A stretch of 64,000 bases of DNA from positions 1,216,001-1,280,000 of the forward strand of contig OZ253470.1 in assembly GCA_965261735.1 (NCBI GenBank). Direction: 5' to 3'. Origin of the DNA: Alphaproteobacteria bacterium. GTDB lineage: Bacteria > Pseudomonadota > Alphaproteobacteria > SHVV01. Numbering within the stretch: the stretch's first letter is position 1; each line of letters opens with the position of its first letter. Made by a program: the position numbers and the translations under genes. This document shows positions 1 through 8,640 of this stretch, piece after piece. The notes beneath the pieces are model-generated. The model did not search any database and was not told where the DNA came from. It worked only from the letters and a program-made list of their open reading frames with translations.

Positions 1-4
1 CAAG

Positions 5-325
5 TTGGATGCGCCGGTCGAGCTCGTGAACCTGCGCGCCGTCGGTACCGGCCGGGTGGTGAAGATCAAGTTCCCGAGCTTCGAGAAGCAAGGCAGCGAT
101 CCCTCCCCCGCCATGGTGGATCAACACCGGGTCTACTTCGACGGCAACTTTGTGTCGGCCAACGTTTACGATCGCAACCTGCTCGCCGCGGGCAACCGCA
201 TCTCGGGCCCAGCGGTGGTCACACAAACGGATTCGACCACCCTCATCCACCCCGCGCACAGCGGAGAGGTGGACGCGTATCTGAACATCTTGATTTATCC
301 GCAGGGCGCGAGTCCTTCGGCATGA
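5..325 (+). CDS. Hydantoinase/oxoprolinase A subunit, C-terminal part (runs off window start)
   Basis: VELVNLRAVGTG...YDRNLL..GNRISGPAVVTQTDSTTLIHP...VDAYLNILI matches the C-terminus of the HyuA paralog at 15686-17764. Confidence 0.85.
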   Translation: MDAPVELVNLRAVGTGRVVKIKFPSFEKQGSDPSPAMVDQHRVYFDGNFVSANVYDRNLLAAGNRISGPAVVTQTDSTTLIHPAHSGEVDAYLNILIYPQGASPSA

Positions 326-333
326 GGTGAACC

Positions 334-2625
334 ATGACTGACCTGAACCCGCCGCGCAGATCGGTCTCGCTGGACGACTTGCTGAAGGCCAACAAGGCGC
401 AGTTCGACAGTGTCTTCGCGGCCCAGATGAGGGACACGGGCCTGGTGAGCGTGACCCATCGGCCGGCCACGGCAGAGGATCTTGTCTCGGCTAGCCTAGG
501 GGTCCGGGCGGTCGTCGACGGCGACGATAGTACGGCACTCCTCGACGGGCGGTTTGGCGAGGGTTGGTCATCCGAGGTCGTCGAACACAAGACCGAAGGC
601 GGCTCGGTCACGGTGCTGTGCAAGCTCGTGGTGGACGGGGTTTCAAAAATGCAGTTCGGTGCGGCACGGATCAACGGCGATCAGGGTGCCGCTCTGCAAA
701 GGGCGACCGACGAGGCGCTCAAGAAGTGTGCGGCCCTGTTCGGGCCGCGAGAGGGGCTGCCGGAGGCAGAGGCCGGAGGCCCCGCCGCCCGACCGCAAGA
801 GGCGCCGGCCGCGGGAGCCCAGCCCGATGCCGCCGTGCCCAGCCTCGCCGCCCCCACTAGCCGTGCGCTGGACACGATCACCCTGGATCTCATCGAAAAC
901 GCGCTGCGCAACGCCCGGCACGAGATGGACGCCGTACTCTTCCGCTCCGCCATGTCACCCGTGATCCGCGAGCAACACGACGAGTTTCCCATGATCACCG
1001 ACCCCAAGGGGCGGATGATCGTCGGCCAGTTCGGCTCCTACGTCGCCGAGATGCTGCGCGAGCAGAACATGCAGGTTGATCCGGGCGACGTCATTCTCAA
1101 TAACGATCCCTTCAAATGCGGCGGCGCCATCAGCCATATCAACGATTGGCTCGTGCTCGTGCCGATCTTTCACGGCAACGAACTTGTCGGCTTCAGCTCC
1201 ATGTTCGGCCACATGATGGACGTCGGCGGCTGGGTGCCCGGCAGCATGCCGACCGCCGCCACGTCGATCTTCGGCGAGGGAATCCGCATCCCGCCGATCA
1301 AGATCTACGCGAAGGGCGAGATCAACAAGGCGGCGCTCGGCATCATCATGAACAACACGCGCACGCCCGAAATGAACTACAGCGACCTCATGGCTATCAT
1401 CGCCGGCTGCCGTGCCGGCGAGAAGCGGGTGATCCAGATCTGCGACCGCTTCGGTAAGGACACCTACATTCAGGCGTGTGAGGCCCTGCTTGAGCGTACC
1501 AACCGCGCGATGCGGCAGCTCATCGTTCAGAACCTGCCCAATGAGCCTCAGTCGTTCGAAGACTACGTAGATGATGACGGCTGCGGCAACGGCCCCTTCA
1601 AGATGAAACTGACCGTGTGGCGCGAGGGCGACGAGGCCTTCTTCGATTGGACGGGGACCTCAGATCAGGCGCCGGGTCCGATCAATTTCTTCCTCAACGA
1701 GGGCATGTTCAAGATGTTCATCGGGGTCTACATGATCATGGTGTTCGACCCCCAGATTCTCTTCAACGACGGATTCTACGACCTCATTCACGTGACCCTA
1801 CCCAAAGGGTCGCTCGTGCACCCGGAGTTCCCGGCAGCGCTGGGCTGCCGCACGCACGCCCTCGCCCGCCAGTTCGACGTCCTCGGCGGCGCGCTGAGTA
1901 AAAACGCGCCGGAAATGGCCACTGCCGCCGGCTATGGCTCAAGCCCTCACTTCCTGTACTCGGGCGTTGACGGCGATGGCCGCCCGTTCCAGCTCATGGA
2001 GATACTGTTTGGCGGGATTCCCGGCCGCCCGGTAGGCGACGGCATGGATGGCCACTCGTGGTGGCCGCTATTCGAGAATATTCCCACCGAATACCTCGAA
2101 ACCTACTATCCGATGATCATCGAAAACTACACCACGCTAGCCGACACCGGCGGCGCTGGGAGGCACCGCGGCGGCAACGGCGTCGAAAAGGTTTACTTGT
2201 TGTTGGAGAACGGCGAGATCTCCATCCACGATGACCGCCATCTCACCCAGCCGTGGGGGATTCTCGGAGGACAACCGGGCGCTTGCTCGGAAAAATGGCT
2301 GGAGAAAGAGGACGGGTCCAGGGAGCCGTTGCCCTCGAAGGTGGACAACGTAAGAGTGCGCGGGGGCGACAGGATCATCTTCCGCACCGCCGGCGGCGGC
2401 GGCTGGGGCGACCCATTGGAACGCGAGCCGGCAAAGGTGCGCGGCGACGTGGTGCGCGGTCTCTTGACCGTGGGCGCCGCCCAGGAACGGTACGGCGTGG
2501 TCATCGGCAGCGTCGGGCTCACCATTGACGACCGGGCGACCCAGGAGTTGCGCGAGAAGCTGAAAGGGAATCGAGGGACCCTCCCGGTGTTCGATTTTGG
2601 TGCGCAGCCATCGGGTCATGCATGA
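334..2625 (+). CDS. Hydantoinase B/oxoprolinase subunit with N-terminal Rad52/Rad22-like domain
   Basis: Core from aa ~179: LDTITLDLIENAL, MSPVIREQHD, NDPF..GGAISHIND, GHMMDVGG, GRHRGGNG, TAGGGGWGDP; ~178-aa N-terminal extension; GAGG RBS. Confidence 0.9.
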   Translation: MTDLNPPRRSVSLDDLLKANKAQFDSVFAAQMRDTGLVSVTHRPATAEDLVSASLGVRAVVDGDDSTALLDGRFGEGWSSEVVEHKTEGGSVTVLCKLVVDGVSKMQFGAARINGDQGAALQRATDEALKKCAALFGPREGLPEAEAGGPAARPQEAPAAGAQPDAAVPSLAAPTSRALDTITLDLIENALRNARHEMDAVLFRSAMSPVIREQHDEFPMITDPKGRMIVGQFGSYVAEMLREQNMQVDPGDVILNNDPFKCGGAISHINDWLVLVPIFHGNELVGFSSMFGHMMDVGGWVPGSMPTAATSIFGEGIRIPPIKIYAKGEINKAALGIIMNNTRTPEMNYSDLMAIIAGCRAGEKRVIQICDRFGKDTYIQACEALLERTNRAMRQLIVQNLPNEPQSFEDYVDDDGCGNGPFKMKLTVWREGDEAFFDWTGTSDQAPGPINFFLNEGMFKMFIGVYMIMVFDPQILFNDGFYDLIHVTLPKGSLVHPEFPAALGCRTHALARQFDVLGGALSKNAPEMATAAGYGSSPHFLYSGVDGDGRPFQLMEILFGGIPGRPVGDGMDGHSWWPLFENIPTEYLETYYPMIIENYTTLADTGGAGRHRGGNGVEKVYLLLENGEISIHDDRHLTQPWGILGGQPGACSEKWLEKEDGSREPLPSKVDNVRVRGGDRIIFRTAGGGGWGDPLEREPAKVRGDVVRGLLTVGAAQERYGVVIGSVGLTIDDRATQELREKLKGNRGTLPVFDFGAQPSGHA

Positions 2626-2720
2626 GGCCGGCGCAAGGAACCATGCGTTAGACGGATAGGCGGCTACCTATTCCATCCCTGGAGGCAACGCCGACCCATC
2701 GCAACAGCGGGGGCTATACG

Positions 2721-5537
2721 ATGCTCGACATAGCGATCCCAATCCTCATCTTCGCGATCATTGTCATCGCCATCCTGTATGTCGTCTCAATCTGGATTTA
2801 CAAGCGTTCGCCCACCAACATGGCATTCATCCGCACCGGTTTCCTGGGCACCAAGGTATGCCTGGGCCGGGGCGCTCTGGTGTTTCCGGTTTTCCACGAG
2901 GTCACTTGGGTTTCCCTGGAGACGATCAAACTCATCGTAAGCCGCGCCCGTGAGCAGGGCGTTCTCACAGCCGACAAGATCCGCATCGACGTCGGCGCCG
3001 AGCTCTACGCCCATGTCGGCCACACGCCCGAGGCCATTCTCACGGCGAGCCGGAGTTTGGGCGAGAAGACATTCGACGCCGAGAAGGTACGCAACCTGCT
3101 CGAGGCCAAGGTCGTCAGCGCGCTCAGGAGCTACGCGGCGACCAAGACCCTTAGCGAGCTGCACGAAAACCGGGACGCCTTTGCCCGCGAAATCAAAGCT
3201 AGTGTGACGGAGAGCTTTGAGGCCAATGGCCTCACGCTTGAGGAAGTGACGATCGTCACCATGGAGCAAACGCCAAAGGAGTACTTCAAGACCGACAACG
3301 TGTTCGACGCCGAGGGGCTCAAGATCATCACGGAAATCACTTCCGATGCCCGTAGAGAGGTCCACGACACCGAGAAGCGCACGACCGTGTCCATCCGCCA
3401 GAAGGACCTGGACACGCAACTCGAGCTCCTCGAAATCGAACGGCAGGAGGCCGTCGCCCGGGCGGGCCAGGACAAGGCAGTATCCAACGAGCAGGCGCTT
3501 CAGCTCGGCCAAAAGCAGATCTACGTTCTCGACCAGCGCAAAGCCGTCGAGGAAAAGGAGATCGAGAACGAGAAAGCGCTGGAGCGCATGCGGACCGATC
3601 GCGATCTGATCATCACCGAAGAGGCGAAGAAGCGCGAGGCTTCCGAGATCCAAAAAGAGTTGGCACTAGAGCAGGAGCGCAAGGACCGGGAGATTGCGAT
3701 TATCGCCAAGGCGAGGGAAGAAGAGCTGGCCAACATCGCACGCAATCTAGCTCTCGAGCAGGCTGAGAAAGATCGCCAAATCGCCTTGATCGCCAAGGCG
3801 AAGCAGGAGGAATTGGCCGATATCGAGCGAGCGCTGGCACGCGATCGGGCCGCGAAAAACAGCGAAATCGAGCTCATCGCCACGGATCAGGAACGCCAGC
3901 AGACTGAGATTCAGCGTGCCACGGCGGTTATGGCCGAGGAGGAGGCGGCACGCGATCGGCGCCATCAGGCTGGTGAGGAGGCCGCCATATCCATGCGCAG
4001 GCGTAGCCTCCAGACCCGCCTCAGCACGCTTGACCTGGACAAGGACGAGGCGTTCGCCGAAGCCCGCCAGGAGCAAGAGGTGTCCAACGAAAAGGCGCGC
4101 GTACTCAGCGAACAACAGCGCTTCATCCTCGAGCAGCGTTGGCAAGTCGAAGAAGAAGAGATCAACAAGGCGCGGGCGGTCGAGGCCGCCGAAATCCACA
4201 AGGAAGCCGGAATTATCGAAACCATGAAAACACGCGAGGCCGCCGAGGTGCGCCGTGCCCTGGCCCGCGAGCAGGAGGAAAGGGACCGTGAGATCGCGCT
4301 GGTCGCCAAGTCGCAGGAGCTCGAACAGGCGGAAATCCGCCGCAAGTTGGCGGGCGAACAGGAAGATCGCGACCGCCAGCTCGCCCTTGTCGCCAAGGAG
4401 GAAGAGCTGCGACGTGCCGAGGTGAGGCAGGCCCTGGCGGTCGAGCTCGAGGAACGAGCCCGCGAGATCACGCTCATTGGCAAGGAACAGGAGCGCGAAA
4501 TAGCGGATATCGGTCGCTTTCTGGCGCGCGAAAAGGAGGAACGCGACCGCGAGATCGCGTTGGCCGAAAAAACTCGGCAGCTGGAGGAAGCGGAGATCAA
4601 GCGCCTGGAGGCCTCCGCAAAGAGGGAGCGGGCCCAGCACAACGTGGAATCGGTGAGCCTCCTCGCCGACGCCGAGCGCACCAAGAACATCGAACGCGTC
4701 GAAGCCGAAAGGTTGGCTGAAAGCCGTCGGATCGACGAGGAAAATAAGGCCCAGATCAACCGCATGCACATGCTGGCTCAAGCCGAGACGCGGAAGCTGT
4801 CGGCTGAGCAGGAATCCGATGCGACGCTCATCAGAGCTCGCGCTACGAGCGAGGCCCAGAAGATTACCGCCGAGGGGATCGAGAAGGAGGCGGGGGCCAC
4901 AGGCCGGGCCGAAATGGAGATCGAAGCGCTGCGTGCCGCCAACGCCCGGCGCATGCTCGAGGCCGAGGCTTCAGGCCTTGAAGCCAAGGCGGTCGCGCTG
5001 AAGAAGTACAACGAGTCCGGGGCCTTCCTGGAATTGGCAAAGATGCGTATCGAGGCCGAGCGCGACATCCACATCGATCAGGCCAAGGCCATGGGGAGCG
5101 CCCTGCAGGGTGCGCAAATCCGCATGTATGGCGGCGAGAATGGCACCGTCGATACCATTCGCAGCATGTTTACCTCTGGGTTCGCGCTCGGCGAGGTTCT
5201 GGAGGGGGTGGCGCAGTCCTTACCCGAGGGCTTGCGCGGGCGATTCAAGGACAACGGCCTCAGGGGTCTTTTCGGCAAGCCGTACGGGACCAGCGATTTC
5301 AAGCATTCCATCGAGGACTTGAGCAAGCTGGTCCAGAAGAGCTTGCGTACGCGCAAAGACAAGGAGATCCCCTTCGCGGAAGCCGTGACCATTTTGCAGG
5401 AAAAGGCCGGCGGGGATGACGGCCAGGCGAAAGCGGTCGGCCTTCTCAAGGAGATGAACGAACAGGGGCAATTCGACGACCTTTCCTTTGACAAGGTGTG
5501 GGCGCTTATAAGAGCCGCGGCAAAGTCGGCGGACTGA
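2721..5537 (+). CDS. SPFH/flotillin-like (YqiK-type) membrane protein with greatly extended helical stalk
   Basis: N-terminal TM helix, AFIRTGFLG, VFPVFHEV, LTADKIRIDV..ELY, NGLTLEEVTI, NVFDAEGL..IT, long E/R/A-rich helical region, flotillin-type C-terminus. Confidence 0.88.
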   Translation: MLDIAIPILIFAIIVIAILYVVSIWIYKRSPTNMAFIRTGFLGTKVCLGRGALVFPVFHEVTWVSLETIKLIVSRAREQGVLTADKIRIDVGAELYAHVGHTPEAILTASRSLGEKTFDAEKVRNLLEAKVVSALRSYAATKTLSELHENRDAFAREIKASVTESFEANGLTLEEVTIVTMEQTPKEYFKTDNVFDAEGLKIITEITSDARREVHDTEKRTTVSIRQKDLDTQLELLEIERQEAVARAGQDKAVSNEQALQLGQKQIYVLDQRKAVEEKEIENEKALERMRTDRDLIITEEAKKREASEIQKELALEQERKDREIAIIAKAREEELANIARNLALEQAEKDRQIALIAKAKQEELADIERALARDRAAKNSEIELIATDQERQQTEIQRATAVMAEEEAARDRRHQAGEEAAISMRRRSLQTRLSTLDLDKDEAFAEARQEQEVSNEKARVLSEQQRFILEQRWQVEEEEINKARAVEAAEIHKEAGIIETMKTREAAEVRRALAREQEERDREIALVAKSQELEQAEIRRKLAGEQEDRDRQLALVAKEEELRRAEVRQALAVELEERAREITLIGKEQEREIADIGRFLAREKEERDREIALAEKTRQLEEAEIKRLEASAKRERAQHNVESVSLLADAERTKNIERVEAERLAESRRIDEENKAQINRMHMLAQAETRKLSAEQESDATLIRARATSEAQKITAEGIEKEAGATGRAEMEIEALRAANARRMLEAEASGLEAKAVALKKYNESGAFLELAKMRIEAERDIHIDQAKAMGSALQGAQIRMYGGENGTVDTIRSMFTSGFALGEVLEGVAQSLPEGLRGRFKDNGLRGLFGKPYGTSDFKHSIEDLSKLVQKSLRTRKDKEIPFAEAVTILQEKAGGDDGQAKAVGLLKEMNEQGQFDDLSFDKVWALIRAAAKSAD
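3345..4631 (+). repeat. Intragenic ~200-aa tandem duplication containing 29-aa repeats in the flotillin stalk
   Basis: DARREVH..QDKAVSNEQA.. (3345) aligns with AARDRRH..QEQEVSNEKA.. (3945), offset 600 nt; repeats LALEQERKDREIAIIAKAREEELANIARN / LAREQEERDREIALVAKSQELEQAEIRRK. Confidence 0.8.
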
Positions 5538-5557
5538 GCCGGCGCTCGGGACAGGGC

Positions 5558-6640
5558 ATGACGCAGCACGACGTCGTTCTGAAAGGCGTGGACAAGACCT
5601 TCGTGGGCGACGTTCGTGCCGTGATCGACTTCAATGCCGAGATCGAGCACGGCGAGTTCGTAGCCATGCTCGGGCCGAGCGGCTGCGGCAAGACCACCAT
5701 GCTGCGCCTGATCGGCGGGCTCGAAGAGGTGACCGCGGGACGCATCTACATCTCCGAGCAAGACGTGACGGACCTGCCGCCGTCGCAGCGCGACACCGCG
5801 ATGATGTTTCAGAGCTTCGCGCTCTTCCCGCACCGCACGGTGCTGCAGAATGTTGAGTTCAGTCTCAAGACCAAGGGGCTGCCGAAAGACGAGCGCGCGC
5901 GCCACGTGTGGGAGATGCTCGAATTGGTGAGCCTCGCCGAGCTCGCCAACCGCTATCCCCGTGATCTGAGCGGAGGGCAACAGCAGCGCGTCGCCCTGGG
6001 CAGGGCTTTGATCGCCAGACCGACCGTACTTCTACTCGATGAGCCGCTCGGCTCTCTCGACTACAGCCTGCGCCAAGCCATGATGGTCGAGCTCAAGAAG
6101 ATTCAGCGCGAGCTGGGAATCACCTTCATCATGGTCACCCACTCCCAGCAGGAAGCGTTGTCCATGGCGGACAAGGTGATCGTAATGAGCGATGCCGTGA
6201 TTCAGCAGATCGGCACGTCGCGGGAAATCTACGAGCACCCGCGAACCAAGTTCGTGGCCGAATTCGTCGGCAACAACAACTTGTTCCAGGGGACCGTCCG
6301 ATCGCGCAGCGGTTCCATCGTGTTCGTGGAAACCAATGGCCACTTGTTCTACGTGAGAATCCCCGAGCACATGCGCCAGGTGCCGATCGGCAAGGAAGCG
6401 TACTTCTCGGTGCGAGCCGACCGCATGCACACGGGCGAACAACCGGCCATGGCCAATCGGATCGAAGGCGAGTACGTCACCACCGAATTCATGGGCTCGC
6501 TGGAGACCGACGTTTTCGAGATCGCGCCCAGGATTTTCGTCCACGTCGAGCAGCACCGTAGCGCGTCGGATCGCGACTACAACATGGGGGACCGCGAAAC
6601 CATCTGCTGGGCGGCCGATGCGGGGGTGCTGCTCGACTAG
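5558..6640 (+). CDS. ABC transporter ATP-binding protein, PotA-like
   Basis: GPSGCGKTT, LSGGQQQRVALGRAL, LLLDEP, VTHSQQEA, C-terminal TOBE-like region; ATG at 5558. Confidence 0.92.
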   Translation: MTQHDVVLKGVDKTFVGDVRAVIDFNAEIEHGEFVAMLGPSGCGKTTMLRLIGGLEEVTAGRIYISEQDVTDLPPSQRDTAMMFQSFALFPHRTVLQNVEFSLKTKGLPKDERARHVWEMLELVSLAELANRYPRDLSGGQQQRVALGRALIARPTVLLLDEPLGSLDYSLRQAMMVELKKIQRELGITFIMVTHSQQEALSMADKVIVMSDAVIQQIGTSREIYEHPRTKFVAEFVGNNNLFQGTVRSRSGSIVFVETNGHLFYVRIPEHMRQVPIGKEAYFSVRADRMHTGEQPAMANRIEGEYVTTEFMGSLETDVFEIAPRIFVHVEQHRSASDRDYNMGDRETICWAADAGVLLD

Positions 6641-6652
6641 GAACCTCGATCG

Positions 6653-7480
6653 CTATCGCGAGCGGCGATAGAGGATGGTGTAGATCGCGACGAACAGAGC
6701 GATCATGGACAACGAAAAAAGCGTCGAGGCGGTGCCGAGCGCAAACAGCGTCGGCCGGATGCGCTGGGCCGTGGCGGCGTTGATGTCGAGCGGCAGTGTG
6801 TTGTACTGGCCCGAGAGCAGAGTCGTGCGCGCGAACTCGTCGTAGGAAAGCGTAAAGCCAAAGAGAGCAGCCGCCACGATGCCAGGCATAATCAGCGGCA
6901 GCGTCACCTCCCTGAACACGGTCCATTCGCTGGCGCCCATGTCGCGGGCCGCCTCCTCGACACTCTCATCGAAGCGGTTGAAAACCGCCATCATGACCAG
7001 GAACCCGAACGGCAGCGTCCACACCACGTGGACGCCCAAACCCGAGGACCACCACGCCGGTGCAATCGCCACCTGCTTCAGCAGGGTCGCGAGCCCGAGA
7101 CTGAGCAGGATCCCCGGCACCATGAGGCCCGCCAAGATCGTGTAGAACAAGAGGCCCGAGCCTGGGAACGGTTTGCGAAATGCCATCGCCAACATGGTGG
7201 AGAACAGGGCGGTGACGACCATCACGATCAGCGCCAGAATCAACGAGCGCAGCAACGCCCCCTGCATGTCGCCGACCACCGAGGGCTCAATCAGCTTGTT
7301 CCACCAGTACAGGCTGACGCCGCGCATGGGAAAGCTCACGCCCCCTCGGCGCCCCTGGAACGAAAGGATGAACATGGCGATCATCGGCCCATAGATGAAG
7401 AGGAGGAACAGGATGTAGTAGGCGCTGAAACCGGTCTTGATCCAGGCCTTCTTTCTCCTTTCCGGGGTCGAGCGAGCCAC
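6653..7480 (-). CDS. ABC transporter permease, PotC-like
   Basis: Multiple TM helices; EEAARDMGAS EAA motif; FTLSYDEF. Confidence 0.9.
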   Translation of the reverse strand: MARSTPERRKKAWIKTGFSAYYILFLLFIYGPMIAMFILSFQGRRGGVSFPMRGVSLYWWNKLIEPSVVGDMQGALLRSLILALIVMVVTALFSTMLAMAFRKPFPGSGLLFYTILAGLMVPGILLSLGLATLLKQVAIAPAWWSSGLGVHVVWTLPFGFLVMMAVFNRFDESVEEAARDMGASEWTVFREVTLPLIMPGIVAAALFGFTLSYDEFARTTLLSGQYNTLPLDINAATAQRIRPTLFALGTASTLFSLSMIALFVAIYTILYRRSR

Positions 7481-7481
7481 C

Positions 7482-8471
7482 TCAAAGCTCCTTGCGAATG
7501 TCGACCAGCCTCAGGATGATGACCACGCCGATCATCATGGCGAGCATCAGCATGAGGGCGTTTACCGCGGCGAAGGGATAGTTCGCTATACCGTAATAGT
7601 TCAGGATCACCGTCCCCGCTGTGCTGGTTTTTCCGCCGTACACCACAACCGCGGTCGCGAACTCCCCCATGATCAGCACGAAGATGAAGATCATTCCGAT
7701 GGCCACCCCCGGGAGTGAGAGCGGGCCGATGATCTCGCGGAAAATCTGGAACGGTTTGGCGCCCATATCGCGCGCCGCCTCGAGGATCGTCTTTTCGATT
7801 TTCGCCAGCGAGAAAAAGATGGGTCCGACGCACAGCACAACGTAGAGCTGCACCAACGCCATCGTGTAACTGAACTGCGAATACAGCAGGAACTCGACGG
7901 GCTTGTCGATGATGCCCATGTCGAGCAAGGCCCTGTTGAGCAGGCCGCGCCGCCCCAGCATGGGCAGCCAGGCCACGGCGCGGATCAGGTAGCTGGTCCA
8001 GAACGGCACCATGCAAAACAGAAACAGCGTGATCTGCCACTTGAAGCTCTTCACCTGCATGGCGAGGAAATAGGCGATCGGGTATCCAAACAGCAGACAG
8101 AAGAGCATCACGACAATGGTGAATTTGAAAGTCGTCCAGAGAGTCCGGACAAAGATGCCTGGGGTCAGAAACCCAACGGAGGAGGGATCGAGGAATCCCT
8201 CGACGGTGAAGTAGTCCGCGTAGTGGCGGAGGGTCAGATCGGGCTCCATGCCGTGGCCCGTGGACTTCCAAAAGCTGAAAACAACGATGCTGGCCAAGGG
8301 CACAACCAGGAACAGCAGCAGCCAGACGACGGCGGGCGTAATCAGCCAGCCCACGGGGAACCCAGCCTGTCGCCAGGTTTTCGCGGCCCGGGCCTCTGTT
8401 TCCGGCGCCGTCGGCTGGCTGCCGATCAGCCCTGAGTGGTGCGCATGCTCGGCTTGCTGCATACCAGTCAA
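7482..8471 (-). CDS. ABC transporter permease, PotB-like
   Basis: GYPIAY, PFWTSYLIR, LEAARDMGA, PLSLPG. Confidence 0.9.
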   Translation of the reverse strand: MTGMQQAEHAHHSGLIGSQPTAPETEARAAKTWRQAGFPVGWLITPAVVWLLLFLVVPLASIVVFSFWKSTGHGMEPDLTLRHYADYFTVEGFLDPSSVGFLTPGIFVRTLWTTFKFTIVVMLFCLLFGYPIAYFLAMQVKSFKWQITLFLFCMVPFWTSYLIRAVAWLPMLGRRGLLNRALLDMGIIDKPVEFLLYSQFSYTMALVQLYVVLCVGPIFFSLAKIEKTILEAARDMGAKPFQIFREIIGPLSLPGVAIGMIFIFVLIMGEFATAVVVYGGKTSTAGTVILNYYGIANYPFAAVNALMLMLAMMIGVVIILRLVDIRKEL

Positions 8472-8494
8472 GATTCAAAAGGCACGGAAGGACT

Positions 8495-8529
8495 AGGACC
8501 GGGCAAACCGGTGGGATTTGCCCGGTCCT
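8495..8529 (-). promoter_or_regulatory. Intergenic stem-loop downstream of the binding-protein gene (mRNA stabiliser or attenuator)
   Basis: Perfect 13-bp stem AGGACCGGGCAAA / TTTGCCCGGTCCT with a 9-nt loop. Confidence 0.55.
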
Positions 8530-8640
8530 TGGGGAGACGGCAGATCCCTGGGGACGCCACCGGTTCTCTAGGCGGGCGCGGCCGAAGCCGCCCGCACCCG
8601 CCACGACTACCGGGCCATCGGTCCGGCAACAAACATCGGA

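Noticed and set aside
3573-4607. 87-bp periodicity as a possible CRISPR or DNA repeat array
   Set aside because: Repeats are degenerate at DNA level and conserved at protein level; no identical repeats with spacers and no cas genes
2787-4781. Long antisense ORFs opposite the flotillin, and many similar ORFs across the window
   Set aside because: Shadow ORFs expected in high-GC DNA; no motifs, and they overlap well-supported genes
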